Shown one piece after another: positions 25,637 through 38,944 of a stretch of DNA of 64,000 nt. Source of the stretch: Mobula hypostoma (lineage: Eukaryota); contig NC_086108.1 in NCBI RefSeq assembly GCF_963921235.1, positions 90,212,001-90,276,000 of the forward strand. Direction: 5' to 3'. The position numbers and the translations under genes were made by a program. How positions within the stretch are numbered: position 1 is the first letter of the stretch; each line of letters opens with the position of its first letter. A model generated the notes under the pieces. The model had not been told where the DNA came from, searched no databases, and saw nothing but the letters and a program-made list of their open reading frames with translations.

Positions 25637-27140
25637 TGTACAAACTCCTTACAGACAATGGCAGGAATTGAACCCCTATCTTACAGCAGACACTGGAAAG
25701 TTGTGCTAACCACCATACCACCATATCATCCTCAATTTCAATTGCGCTCTCATTCTCAGTGGCTCCATTTTTGAGTCACAATCAGCATGAAGCTTAGTTC
25801 ATGCCAACACACTAACATTGATATGTATGCAACCATGCCATTGGGCACCGAATGATACTCTACCACACCTGGATTATCTGGGGAGCTGTCACTGCCAGTA
25901 GGCGAAATGAATAGATAAGGACCATTTCAGTCTGGCATTGATAAACTTACAGGGGCTTCAATACTATATTTTCAATAAATCATAATTAATCTTATTTAAT
26001 ATATATTCTGGTCCCTTTCATTCCAAATAGTATTTCTTGATTATTGCTCAATAATGGTAGTAATTCCAACATTCCTAAACATGTCTCAATGTCCAATATG
26101 AAAGCAATAAAAATGAACAAAAGTTATTATTAAATTGATGGCGGCTTGTGGAATATATAATAAATAAGAAACTCTGTTGTAACAGAACAGCTTTAAAATT
26201 TTTAAAAAGTCCCAAGGTTGAAATTGGAGGATGCAGGCATCAGAAGACTCTGGCCTTATGAATGTTCCCAACTTGAAATTTCCACTGTTTCTTGACCTAC
26301 TGAAGTCCTCCACCAGTTTGTGTGTGTTCCTCTGGATTCCTTGCATCTGTAGAATCTCTTGCATTTATTAGAAGATTCTGGAGTTTAGAGTGATAAAAAG
26401 GAAACTAGATAATAAAAGAGCTTGAAAGAAAAATTTTCAATCCGGGCTGAATTTACTGTGAGCTCTTCTGAGTCATTAGACTTTGGAATTTAAAAAGAAG
26501 GTTAAGTATGGTCAGCAGGGTACATGGTACTAGGTTTATTGAGTGCAGAAGGTGAATTACTTGACAAGATAGTGTTGGAATAGTCATGGCTAGAGATAAG
26601 AAAGAACTGGATACAGGTTTTAGTGGATGATGAGGTGTGGTGGGGTGGCCTTAGGCAATCATATGGAAGTTGATTTGGCAGTCTTCATAATGCCTCAGTT
26701 AAGTGGTTAAATCACTCCAGAATTAAATATGAAATTTATTTGCAGTCTATCTGCCTCAGATGATTGCCGAGACAGGATGAAGCCAGTGGCAGGTAAATGG
26801 GCTATGTAGTATAGTCTAATAAGTATGGCTTGTCTTCCCAATATTAATTAAGAGGAATTTCTCATCCAATTCTGAATATTGCACAAGCAGAGATGGATTA
26901 CATAGGTGAATAGGTACCAACACTATCAAAATGTATCTCATTTTTATGCGCTTTGTGTAAGAATGTAGGTTTTAGATTCATGGCCATAACGTTATCCATC
27001 TTGAACTTTTCAAGCAATTGTACAGTGTTACATTAAACAGTTTCAGGAGCTATGCAGAGTGGATCAAGAAAATTTCAATCTTTTTGTCTTTGCGCAATGA
27101 CTTATGTGAAACAATATATAAAGGTCAAGTCAGCAGTCCA

Positions 27141-27144
<4 letters not shown>

Positions 27145-27202
<58 letters not shown>
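27145..27202. repeat. Compound microsatellite (AT)13(AG)16
   Basis: Read directly from the sequence. Confidence 0.97.
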
Positions 27203-27205
<3 letters not shown>

Positions 27206-30200
27206 AAAAATGGATTCTAATCAATCTCACTGTTGATATTTATGCCTTGCTCATCAATGAGTCAACAGCATGAGAGAGCCTTTTCCAGCTTTCAATTTTA
27301 AGGAATCAAAAATGAATATACCAGCAATTAAGACAAAAAAGAGCCATTGTCCAGGTTTGCATTTCTAGTAGAGATTCTAATCCAGCAGCACATCACAAAA
27401 TTGCTGGTGCACTGATGAAAGGCAACATGTTTGCAATTCCCCAATGAGTGCAAGCAGCCACATAGTACAAATTCAGAAATCCAGCTTTCACAGTGCAAGT
27501 AGAAACTCAGCTGTTTTGTCTTCATTGAATGAGTGTCCATGGTGAAAAAATAAACTGCATCTAGCACATAAGCCATAATTTGAGCTTTCTTTTAAATGGA
27601 GACTAGAGAATGAGTAACTGTCAGGCATGAATACCTTTATGCTGTTAAATGTTTCTCCATGTTCCACTCTGATTATATGAATTCACACCACCACATGGTG
27701 GCAGCTGGTGTACTTTTATGAAAAATAGGCAAGAATAAAGTGTAATGAATATTGTGAAACCTAAAACTTGAGCCTTTGACAGAGCATAACTGAAGCTAAG
27801 AAAGTGGAACAGAAATACAGAGGGAAGTAACATATCATTAAGTGAATTTGCTTTCAATTTTGCAGGTGAAATGATTTCTAAAATTTGAGTTCAGAGAAAA
27901 GTTCGTGCATTTTGAATGAAATCCAGAACAAAATTTGTATGAAATCTGCTACTACTTATGATTTTTTTTCACATCATCACAATTACAAAAGATCAAAAAA
28001 ATGCCATAGGAAACCTCAAGATCTCAATAGAACTCATCTAAACATGTCCTGTTAATTACCAGTAATGCATTCTGCCACTTCTTCTATTGACTAATGGCAT
28101 CAAAAGTAAAATCTAAGTACAAACGGCAACTGAAAGATTCAAGGATCACAGAATGAGCCGACTTCCAGCAGTCTTTCTGAACACATCATTCTTGCAAAAG
28201 CTTGCGATTGATGAATTAACTTCTCATTTTTTGTACAGCTATATATATATATTCACACACACATTCTTTATATATGTATTTCTGAAAATTGAATTCAACA
28301 TTCACCATTGGTAGACATCCTTAAACATCATAATTTTAAGGAAGTATCTCCAAGAGATATATAAGGAATTTCAACAAATTGCAATATTAAATTTTCCTTT
28401 TTTTTAATACAATGCACAATATTTTGCAATATCTTCTCTAAATCAATGTTAATTCACTTATCCAGTAATCCCAAGAACTAAATTGATGGAAGTACCCAAC
28501 AGATTAGGTAATATTTGCGGAAAGATAATGGTCCATGTTTCTGTTTGATTATACCCTCCTTTAGAACTTTTAAAGTTTGGACAAAGAAGAAGAAGGAGAA
28601 AGTGAAGAAGAGGAGAAAACTGAAAGGAAAGATTGTGATAGAGTTGAAGTCTGGAGAGGTCAAGTAGCAAAAAGGATGATGGTGTGAGATGACTATTGTG
28701 ATACTCACGCTGTGGTGGGAACAAGAGATGGGTTCAAAGAAGGTGTAACTGGGCATAGCTAACGATTGCCATCTGCCAGACAGAAGTAGCTATAATCTAA
28801 ACCTATTGACCTCACCGTGGAGTTTTGAAGGTTAAAAAGTCTATTCCAAGTCCTAAGTTTCTCAATGAGCTACTTGCCCTGCCAAACATGTCCAGCTCCT
28901 TCAATTTTATATTTCAAGTTTCTGTACTCTGCTATGTTTTGCTTCTTATTAATCTTTCACTTTGACTTTTGTTCTTTTTAAAAAGAAGCTATTAATGAAC
29001 AGCCCAGTTGCAGTACTTCCTATTTCCTTGAGTAATTCAAGATGTTTCAGATATTTAATATTGGAATTTTTAACAGATGTTTTATGAATTCTAATAATAA
29101 TATCCAATTCAATCACAAATATTTGTTCTAATTGTTTTCTATACAGTTGTTAACAATCTTGTGATGCTGAACGTTTATGGTTACATCAATACGTCCATGC
29201 ATATATGACCTAATTGAATTAAAATGTACAGGTTATATCACATTCACACATGATTTCACAGTAAACCTCTAGAAGATTAGGCAAGAATTTATGAAAAAGA
29301 AGAGCTTTCCAGTTGAATATAAAAGGAAGTATTTTAACTTTCAACAGAGGCCTAAGGGGCTCATTATGAAAGTCCTCTGTAAAGTTAAACCATCAAAATA
29401 TTTAACATTTTGATAACTTTACTTTGCAAATGATGGTGAGCAAGTTGAAAGGTTATTTGTCATTATAGGGAGATTTTCATTCTGTGCTGAATTGAACTAA
29501 GTGACCTTTAAGCTTTTCTGCAATTATAGTTACAGAAGACTTGTCCTTTTAAACCTGTTTCAGTTTGGATCTTTTTTCCCTGCTCCTGCTATGATAACTC
29601 AAAAAAAAATCAAACTTGATGAATGAAGCCTTCATATCTTCATAGCCCTTTTCATCAAATGTTTTAAATTGACAACTTTTTTTTAAATAGTGCACTGGTA
29701 GCATGAAATAAACAAAACTTTACATTTGACCACTATTAAATCATTACACATAAACCACAATTGAGGTAATTACACCAACAGTAATATTTAAATAGGTTTG
29801 CAGGGATTTACAGCTTGATTAACCAAATAAATATATTCATTCTGTTCTCCATCTGTGATTATCAGCCACAATTATTTTGTTTATATTTTAACAGAAATTC
29901 AGGTTGAATAGAATTGAATTCAACTTTCCAAGATTAAGATACTGCTTCATAATATGAGAATACCATAACCATTTATATCTACTTATACTGTGAATCCTAC
30001 ATTACTATGAATCTTTTGAAAGCCTCTAATTGCCAGTTTTTAAGAAAATTATTTCAAGATATCTTTGGCTTGTACTCAATCATGGACATTCCCACTTTTC
30101 TCTCTAGCCCTCCCCTCACTGCAACTTGAAACATGACTCTATGTCACTTTTCCAGTTGTGATAAAGGGCGAATGACCTTAAATGTTACTCTATTTCACTT

Positions 30201-31014
30201 CCCACTTACGCTCCTGAGTACTTTCAACATTTTTTGAAGATGATTTTTTTGACACACAGACTACGAAGTCCTGTTTTTTTTTTCACCTCCTCCAATTTAG
30301 AAAGCCATAGAATCACAGAGAGTTACGACATCAGAACAGATCCTTCAGTCAACCACATACACACGGACCATGGACTAATCCAGCCCAAACCCCATCAACC
30401 ACCCTCGTCCCCACACCCAGATACTAACACTCATGAACATACTGGGGGCAATTTGCAGTAACCAAATATAGATTATCTTTATTTATCACATGCACATCAA
30501 AATATTAAAAACATACCGTGAAATGAGTCATTACAAATAAAAACAGTGAGGATTGTGTTGGGCAGCCTGCAAGTTTTGCAGTGCATGTTGGGTATCAACC
30601 TATCTGACATTTTGGTGATGTGTAAGGACACAGGTGCTCCAGGATGAAACCCACCTTATCTAAGGGAGAATGAGGAAACTTCTCATGGAAAACACTGAAA
30701 CGAGGGATGAAATTCTAGTCACTGGAGTTGTGAGGCAACAGCTCTATTAACTGAGTCACTGTCCCACCCTGACTGAGCATTATGTGCTGCCATTTGCCTT
30801 GTCCCTGTCCAATTCTTGTCGAGAGAGGAGTTGGCTATCGTCCTCCTACCCAGCCAAGGAATGATTGAATGTGGGTTAAGTCCAGATTACAACTTATTAA
30901 TAATTTTACATTTTACCTGAACTCTCAAAAATGTTAAGCATTAAATTCACAACTTAATATCCTTTCTTTAGATTATCAAAGCATGTAACATTCCATTACT
31001 TTTATGATCATAAA

Positions 31015-32320
31015 CAGCCGGGTATGGAAACACCAAGGCCCGTGTACAGAAAATCCTACAAATAGTAGTGGATACAGCCCAGACTATTACGGGTAAAGAC
31101 CTCCTCATCATTGAGCACATCTACATGGAGCACTGCTGCAGGAAAGCAGCAGCCATCATCACAGGCCCCCAGTACCTAGGCTATTCTCTCTTCTCACTGC
31201 TGCCATCAGGAAGGAGGTATAGATGCTTCAAGCTCCACACCACCAGGTTCAGGAACAGTTATTACCCCTCAAACATCAGGGTCTTGAACCTAAAGTGATA
31301 ACTTCACCCAGTTTCACTTGCCCAATCACTGAACTGTTCCCATAACTTATGGACTCACTTACAATGACTCTTAAGTTCTGGCAAGATGGAGCCTGCATAC
31401 AACACTCCTTTGGTTGACATCTTCTGGACAGATCACAAAGCTATATATTTCATGTCTTTTATGCCCTTTCATCTTTAACGTGATTCTGGAACTGTTGGAG
31501 CATGTGATTTACAGTTTGGAGACCATTTGGTTGTTTCAGCACTCTGCAGTTACTGAGAAGACTCTGGGAGGCAGAGGCAGCATGTGCGAACTTTGTGGCA
31601 AGAGGCTATAGAACAACTGTGGGGCAAGAGCCGATGTTCGACTCCATTTCACCAATTATAGCTTCCATTGTTCACCGATTAAAGTGACAAGGCAGATTGA
31701 AACATTAAGGCAAATGCAGAAGGTGAGCGCCAGCTGCCTGCTTTTTGATCAGAGGTGTGATCGCTCTGCTGCCAGAGAGGGAAGACTGCCTTTTGATTGC
31801 TGGTGGGATGGCTCACTACTGCAGAGGGAAAGGCCTGCCCCTGTGCCCAGAGAATGTTACACAGGTTTTCTGCATTTTTTGATGCAGACTTGGACTATAG
31901 ATGTTTTTCAGTCTTGTAGTTTTTAATATTCTGTGTTTTTTGCCAATCTTTCTCATTTTCTTATGTATTGGGGAGGAGGATTTGGGGGCTGATGATCGTG
32001 CTGTCATTCGTTTCTTTCTTGGTTTCGTGGCTATCTGGAGAAGAAGAATTTCAGAGTTGTATACTGATAATAAATGAACCTTTGAAACTTTGAACCTTTT
32101 AATCTCATGTTCTCGATATTTCTTGTTAATTTATTATATTTGCACAATTTATTGTCTTTTGCACAGTGGTTGTATATCTAGTTGGCATGGTCTTTCATTG
32201 ATTTTATTATGGTTACTGGATTTATTGAGTAAGCCCAAAACAAAATGAATCTCAGTGTTGTATATGGTGACATACACGTACCTCGATAATGAATTTACTT
32301 TGAACTTTCAACTTTGATGT
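31015..32320 (+). mobile_element. Rex1-like 3' end interrupted at ~31375-32100 by a non-autonomous non-LTR element
   Basis: LFSLLPSGRRYR...TTRFRNSYYP motif; the insert begins ttctggcaagatggagcc and ends with an aataaatgaacctttgaaactttgaa tail. Confidence 0.75.
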
Positions 32321-32391
32321 AGTATTGACAGGAAGGAAGGAATTCAGTTACATCCCTTTTACAACTGAAGGAAAGTACAGATGCTGGAAAT

Positions 32392-34839
32392 TGTGTATTT
32401 AATATTTCAGTAATATTTGAGTAATACTGTAAACATATTGTATTCTTTGTTATTTACATAATTCATTATGGGTTATATGTAAAAGTACAGAGATGCATTG
32501 AATCTGCTTGAGGTGTAAATTGTTTCAGCAGTTACCTGTATGGGGAGAGCTTACCCTTGTTACTGGTCATCAACCACTAGTGCCCATTTTCAACCCACAA
32601 ATGGGTGTTTCACTAATAGCAACAACGTAAGTGCAGACGTGGGCTTTGTTTCTTCGTGGACACATTTACCAAATTGAATTCACGAGGACAACTAATCATG
32701 GAAATGCTGATAGATTGTCCCATTCACCTTGGAAAAGGAAATATCTGAAATTTTTGCAAAAGAGGACACTCCTCTTGATGTTTCTCCCTAATGCAAATCA
32801 GAAGTCTCCCTATTACATCAGAGATGATCCAAAGGGAAACCAGAAAAGACCCCACACTGTCTCTGGTCTACATAGCCATCCAAAATGGAGGGAATGTGCA
32901 GCAGAAGCTCCAGTTCCCCCATTTTTACCAGTGCTGGGACGAACTTGCCCTTGATGAGGGTTGCTTTATTTGGGGATTGAAAGTTGTTGTACCATCCAAG
33001 CTGAGAATTAAAGTGATGTAGGAGCTGCATGCCAGTTATCTAGGCATGGTCAAAATGAAAGTGTTATCTCAAAGCTCCATTTGGAGGCCTGGAATGAATT
33101 AGTTGATCAAGAAGTTTGCCATGCACTGTTTGAGATGCCAACCTATACAGAAGATGGCAGGAGCAGTGCCTGCATTGCCCTGGCAGAGGATTCATGTGGA
33201 TGTTGTCAGACTATTCTTTGGCACAAATTTTTTGGTAATAGTGGATTGAGCTACAAAATAGCCAAATGTGTTCCCAATAGCCTCCTCACACATTGTTGAT
33301 GTGTTGAGAAGCCTCTTCTCAAGGACTGTTGTTCCAGAGCACTTAGTCAGTGACAATGGAGTACAGTTTGTTGAGAAACAGTTTCAGTCATTCCTGAAAA
33401 TGAATAGAATAAGACATACATTATATCCCACCCAGCTACAAATGGCTTGGCAGCAAGATTTATCCACAGTCTGAATAACACATTGCAAGCAATGTCAACA
33501 GAACACACTGCATTGACACTGTATCAGAAGCAGCATATCGCATTGCAGGACACTTTACAACCAACATCTCACCAATTATTTTGTTCCTGGGTTATCCCTT
33601 GCCCTCACGCGTGTAACTGCTCAAACCTAATCTCAGAAGTAGTATGCAGGAAAAACAGCTGAGACAAATTGAGGTCTCCTCAAACAAGGAGGTTCAATGA
33701 TTCACTCCCGGACAAACGTTTCTGGTGAGGAAAGATTAAGGACAGAACTGGACTACTCTCCTATACAGTGGAGATGACGCATCGATCAGTTGAGGAAAGC
33801 AGAGTCAATTATTAGAGAAGAAAGATGTCCAGAGCTGTCGGAACCACTTCCTGTAGTCCCTGTTGTGTGAATGAAGTCAATGGAGAAAATCACTGGTAGA
33901 TACAAAGCAGCTTCTTTATTTGACAAAACAAAATACAGCAGGCATCATATGGAGACATTTTCTGTCGAAAAGTCTGCTGGCCCAACATGGGGCTTGATAT
34001 TTTATGTGCCAAACATCAAAGGATACTCCATATTTACAATGTATGGACAATGCTTTCTTTGAAACTACATACAACCTTCACACCTCCTGATTCGCATCCA
34101 CACCACAGACATCCAAATGAATTTTAATCAGCATTGTCTGGACTGGGATTCGCAGCTTTTAGGAACCGATTGTTCGGAGCTGCACTCCGAATTAAATGCA
34201 CAATACACTTTCAGATGTGAAGATTGGTAGCTAAAGTCAATTGTCAAATGTGTATGTCCTAAACCCAAAAATCACTCTCACATCCCAGAGTCAACTCTTA
34301 CAACCACCACTGCAGAGATACCAGAAACTGAGATTGTTTCATAGCCACAAATCTCACCTGCCAAATTGAGTGACCCCACCTTTTCAGGGAAGACATTATC
34401 CCACAAGAATATGACATTCTCCACAGCAATTAGATCATTGGATGTTAAAAGGACAATTTAAATTTTACTATGTTGTGGATGTATAAATAGTAGTTGTATT
34501 ATATAGTATACTGTGTATATGTATAGAAGTTGAGTGTATATGTACAGAAGTTCAGATATATTCTATATTGAGTTGGAGTTTATAGTTAAGCAGGGAGGAG
34601 TGTAGTGTTTAATATTTGATTAATATCGTAAATATATTGTTTGATTAAGCATTCTCTGTTGTTTACATAATTCATTGAAGATTATATGTAAAAGTATATG
34701 AATGGCATATACCAGTATGTCATCACATCATAAGTGTGTGCCCCACTAAAGTAAAAACAAAACTAGGGTATACGTGTCATTTGCTTGGTTTGTGTTTTCT
34801 TTCAATTAGTTTTATGTTGTGGAGTTACAAAAGATAATA
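32392..34839 (+). mobile_element. Internally deleted Gypsy/Ty3 LTR retrotransposon
   Basis: Partial 5' LTR (32392-~32510) and 3' LTR (34601-34839) match; polypurine tract aagcagggaggag before TG at 34601; RNase H end WALFL.GH.Y.IEF..TTNHGNAD.LS; integrase VPEHLVSDNGVQF; flanking 5-bp repeat gaaat (32387-32391 / 34840-34844). A reverse LTR fragment also lies at ~17260-17330. Confidence 0.9.
33861..34282 (-). mobile_element. Solo LTR nested within the Gypsy element
   Basis: TG...CA termini, 4-bp TSD tccc (33857-33860 / 34283-34286), AATAAA on the minus strand near 33915. Confidence 0.75.
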
Positions 34840-34845
34840 GAAATG

Positions 34846-35205
34846 ATGAACATAGAACACGACAGCAGAGTATAAGGCCTTAGGCCCACGATGTTGTGCC
34901 AAGCTCTTAACATACTTTAATATCAATCTGACCCTTCCCTTCAGTATAGCCCTCCACTTATCTATCATTGATGTGCCTATTTAAGAATTAAGAATAAATG
35001 GCCCTAATATATCTACCTCCACCACCACTCTTTGCAAGGCATTCCACACACTATTAGTGTATATAAAAAATAACTCTGGGAACACCCCAGTCTTTCCTCC
35101 AGTCATCTTCAAATTATGCACCCTGGTATTAAATATTTCTAGCCTGGGAAAAGGTCTCTGGCTCTCCACTCAGTCTATTCCTTTTATCCTCTTGTACAAC
35201 TCTAG
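34846..35205 (-). mobile_element. CR1/HER1-like 3' end
   Basis: ESQRPFPR...NTRVHNLK...VWNAL; (ttctatg) tail. Confidence 0.8.
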
Positions 35206-35359
35206 ATGAGAAGAAGCATAGATTGATTGAACAGTCCAAGACTTTTACTGGTTATGTAACAATTGATGACAAAAGCTCCATCTTTCAAAATTGCAGAAAT
35301 AAGTCTGTCCAATTTTGTTTTTCCTTTATTGAATTACATAAAATATTGCATAAAAGCAG

Positions 35360-35950
35360 GCAGTAAGAGCTTCTACGGGTGTATGGAGAGGCGAAGAGTA
35401 ACAAAAGTAAATGCTAGTTTCTGAGAGTATGGATATAGGGAATTAAGAATGGAAAATAGAGAAACGACATAGATACTACATAATTATTTTGGTCAGACTT
35501 CACAGCACAAGACACTAAAAACATCTCAGCAGATAATTGTAAGGTCATAGGGAAGGCAACATTGAAAACATTTTCTATTACTCAAAAAATGTCCTCGACA
35601 AACTCATTGGAGTAATGCCTGACACATCCACTGGATTGATGTCCTGCATTCAATGATCTTAAGGAAATGGCTAATTGTAAATGAATTGGTTATTATCAAG
35701 TAAGGTTCCCTGGATTCTGGAAAACTCCCAGCGAAATGGAAAACTACAGATATGACAACAACGATTCAAAAAGGTAAAGAGATTGAAAGCAAGAGCTGGT
35801 TAACATAACATTTATCATTGGAAAATTGCATGAAGCCATTGATGTAGAGGTTACTGCAGGGCATTTAGAAAATTATGTCAACCAAAGCCAATATGGTTTT
35901 ATGAAATCTTTGAGGTTTTTAACAAATACAATTGAAAAAGAGAAACCAAG
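35360..35950 (+). mobile_element. Old CR1-like ORF2 fragment, 5' half of a split element
   Basis: Decayed ORF2 up to the SQYGFMK region; stops at the hAT TIR at 35951. Its continuation is on the minus strand from 37742 downward. Confidence 0.75.
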
Positions 35951-36130
35951 CAATGTTCCCTCTAATTTGCAATGACCAGTGTGCACAAAAATCTTGTGCT
36001 GTGCAGTTTTTTGCCAGAGACAACAAAGTGTGCACACTGAATTTTTAAATGGAAGTAAACCCGAATTTATTATGACGATAATAAACTCCCAAGTCCAGTT
36101 TGTTGTTCATTATTTAATGATGGCAGAAAA
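35951..36130 (-). mobile_element. Terminal fragment of a non-autonomous hAT-like element
   Basis: Begins caatgttccctctaa; about 180 bp match the reverse complement of ~38135-38313. Confidence 0.8.
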
Positions 36131-36479
36131 ACATACAGTCACAATAAAAATGTATTCCATGTCCCTGGGTGGCATAGCGATGTTGTCCAAGTCCAGCTTG
36201 GCTTCCATTGAGTGAACACTCGAGGGCAGCACCGAGCAAACACTGAAGGGCAGTGTCGATGGGAGGGGCCAGCCACCAACCCCATATGGATTCCAGCATG
36301 CCCACAACGTGCAACACAGTGTGCAGTGAATACGTAGCAACACTCTGACGGGCTGCCTCCAGCACAGGCTTAGGTTGTGTTGCTTGTTAATGCAAATGAT
36401 ACATTTCACTGTATGTTTCAATGTACAGGTGATAAATGAATCTTTATCTAAAGTAGAGAAAATTCTCTGCACTACCTCT

Positions 36480-37742
36480 GGTGTAAGGATACCCTCTCAT
36501 GAATATATATGCCCAAGCTATCCAAAATGTTCCAGGTGTCTCCTGTATCATTAAAAATCCATATTGTTATGCTCCATAATTCTTGATATTAAGTCTAACA
36601 TTTCATTAGCCTTCCTAAATAATTACTGCACTTGTATTTTAAGTTTTTGTGCTTCATATACTCAGATTCACAGATCACTCTATGCTGCAGTATTTTGTGA
36701 TCTTATTCCATTTAATTAATACTTTTGCTTCTTTGGTCTTTCAGTCCAAAGCAGATAATCTCACATTTAATGAATTATTTTCTTATTATGGCGCCGAAGA
36801 AAGGCCCTGCAGCCAATCAGATCCATGTTTGTCTCCCAGCAGGGCAATACCATCAGTTTTATTCCCCCTCTTATTTCCCTGTTCAAGATTCAAGATTGTT
36901 TAATGCCATTTCCTGTACACAAGTGTAAGGCGAGCAAATTAATTGTTGCTCCAGATCTGGTGCAGCACAAATAAAAATACATCAAAGATGAAGAGCACAA
37001 TAATAATAATAATATAAAAACACTATGTGTAATTACATAAGATAGCGTAGATTGATTGTACATCCATAAAGTGATGCTAGGCTGTATGGAAGGTGACCGG
37101 TGAGGAATAGTAGTGGTGGAGTTAGTGGGTGTAGATGCTGTTGCTGGGACCCTACAGCTTATTCCCTGTTCTCTGCCCACTCAACTACACTAAGGGATAG
37201 GTTACACTGGCCAATTAACCCCCCAGCACGTTTTTGAGGTGTGGGAGGAAATCAGAACATCCGGTGGAAACTCACTCCATCGTAATGAGATTAAAAAAAC
37301 ACCCAAGTTCCCTAGAGTTAAGCGTAGCATCACTAACTGCTGCACTGTTCACTTCATTTCCCTACTCCACTTGCCAACTTCTTGCCCACTCACTTGTTCT
37401 ACCTATGTCCCTTTACAGGATCTTTGTATCCTCCTCTTATGTTTGTAAACCCATTTATCCTTGCACCAGCAGTAAATTTTGCAAAGTGCATTTGGTCCAT
37501 TCAAGCAAGACATTAATATCGATTCCATTTGTTGAAACCCAAGCACTGGTCCATGTTTCACCTCATTCACTACTGATTGCTAATCAACTTAAACCAAGTC
37601 TGCTTTTTGTTAGTTAACTAATCTCTTATCTATGTCAATATATTACCCAACCCAATGTGCTTCTACCATGTGCAATAACTTTCTACATGATACCTTAGCA
37701 AATGTTTCTTAGAAATCCGAATTCACTATTCTTACATGGTTT
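36480..37742 (-). mobile_element. Old CR1-like ORF2 fragment, 3' half of the split element, with younger insertions at ~36770-37330
   Basis: Reverse complement from 37742 reads aaaccatg...gatttctaagaaacatttgctaaggtatcatgt (a decayed DF.KAFDKVPH motif), which is the expected continuation of 35360-35950. Confidence 0.75.
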
Positions 37743-38313
37743 CAATGTTCCCTTGAAGGTATGCATGCACGTGTCTTTTACTACTAGCACACAAAGGAAT
37801 TTAAACAGTGCGCAGGAGGTTGTCACCCTCTAACTGGTTGGCATGGTAAAAATTGGCATGTTAAGTATATTTCACAATTGTACATGATCATATTTCCTTT
37901 CGCAGTTTCTGATGTGGACAGGGATGATAATGTGGAGTTTGCGATGATTTATCTGCAGATTTTAGTACTGGCTTACTCATACTGTGTTTTATTGAATGAA
38001 TTATTGAAGCAAGATATTGAATCCCAAAGATGCAAAGAGCATGAAGCGCAAAAGAATAGTTAGTTCATTTAAAGTGGAATGGCATAATGAAACAGTAGAA
38101 ACTGTATATGAGAAATAAGACACATTGATGTGTATTATTTTATTTCTTTTAAACAATGAACAACAAACTGGATTTGGTAGTTTATTATCCTTAAACTAGC
38201 ATCAGGTTTACTTCCACTTAAAAATTCAGTGAGCACATGTTGCCACTGGGCAAAAAATTGCATAGCGCAAGATTTTTGTGCACACTGGTCATTACAAATT
38301 AGAGGTAACATGG
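37743..38313 (+). mobile_element. Non-autonomous hAT-like DNA transposon (571 bp)
   Basis: Imperfect TIRs caatgttccct (37743) ... agaggtaacatgg (38301-38313); associated 8-bp TSD; no ORF. Confidence 0.75.
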
Positions 38314-38944
38314 TACAAAGAAGCTGAGAGATGGGGGACACATGCAATTTTTCCATTTGGTATTCACAGCACAGCTAACATTACTCGTGCAGTTTTTCAT
38401 TACATTTATGGTTGACAGCTTCAACTGCATAAGAAAGTCATAACAGGTAGATTGAGACATCAACCCTTTCAAAATGTAACAGGCATTGTCTTGATGCCCC
38501 AGTTTGATCTCTGGTCCCTTCATGTAATAGCTGCAAACTTGTACAATTAGCAGAATTTAAAATGATGATTAATTTCCCACAGACACACTCCTGCCTTATT
38601 GGATCATTTTACAATCTGGCACAATGTTTTCAAAGCAAGCACAAACAAAAGGAGCAGCATGCAATTTGCAATTGGTCCAGAAAGTTATGCAGTCATTTGC
38701 TTTCGTTGCTGATGGTCATCAGTGTTGTCGGAACAGGCTTCATTCTGAGGCCCACTCACAACCTTCTGGGCATCAAGTAACAGCCCCAGCATCTTGGGTG
38801 AGTGTAAACATAGGATTTTGAGGAAAGTGAGAGTGTGGTGTGGATATGATCCAGCTCAATTGTTTCAAGTTCATTGTCTTCCATCCATCCTGAAATATCA
38901 GCTGTTTTCCCCTCAGAGATGTTTATTAACCCGAGATTGTCCAG

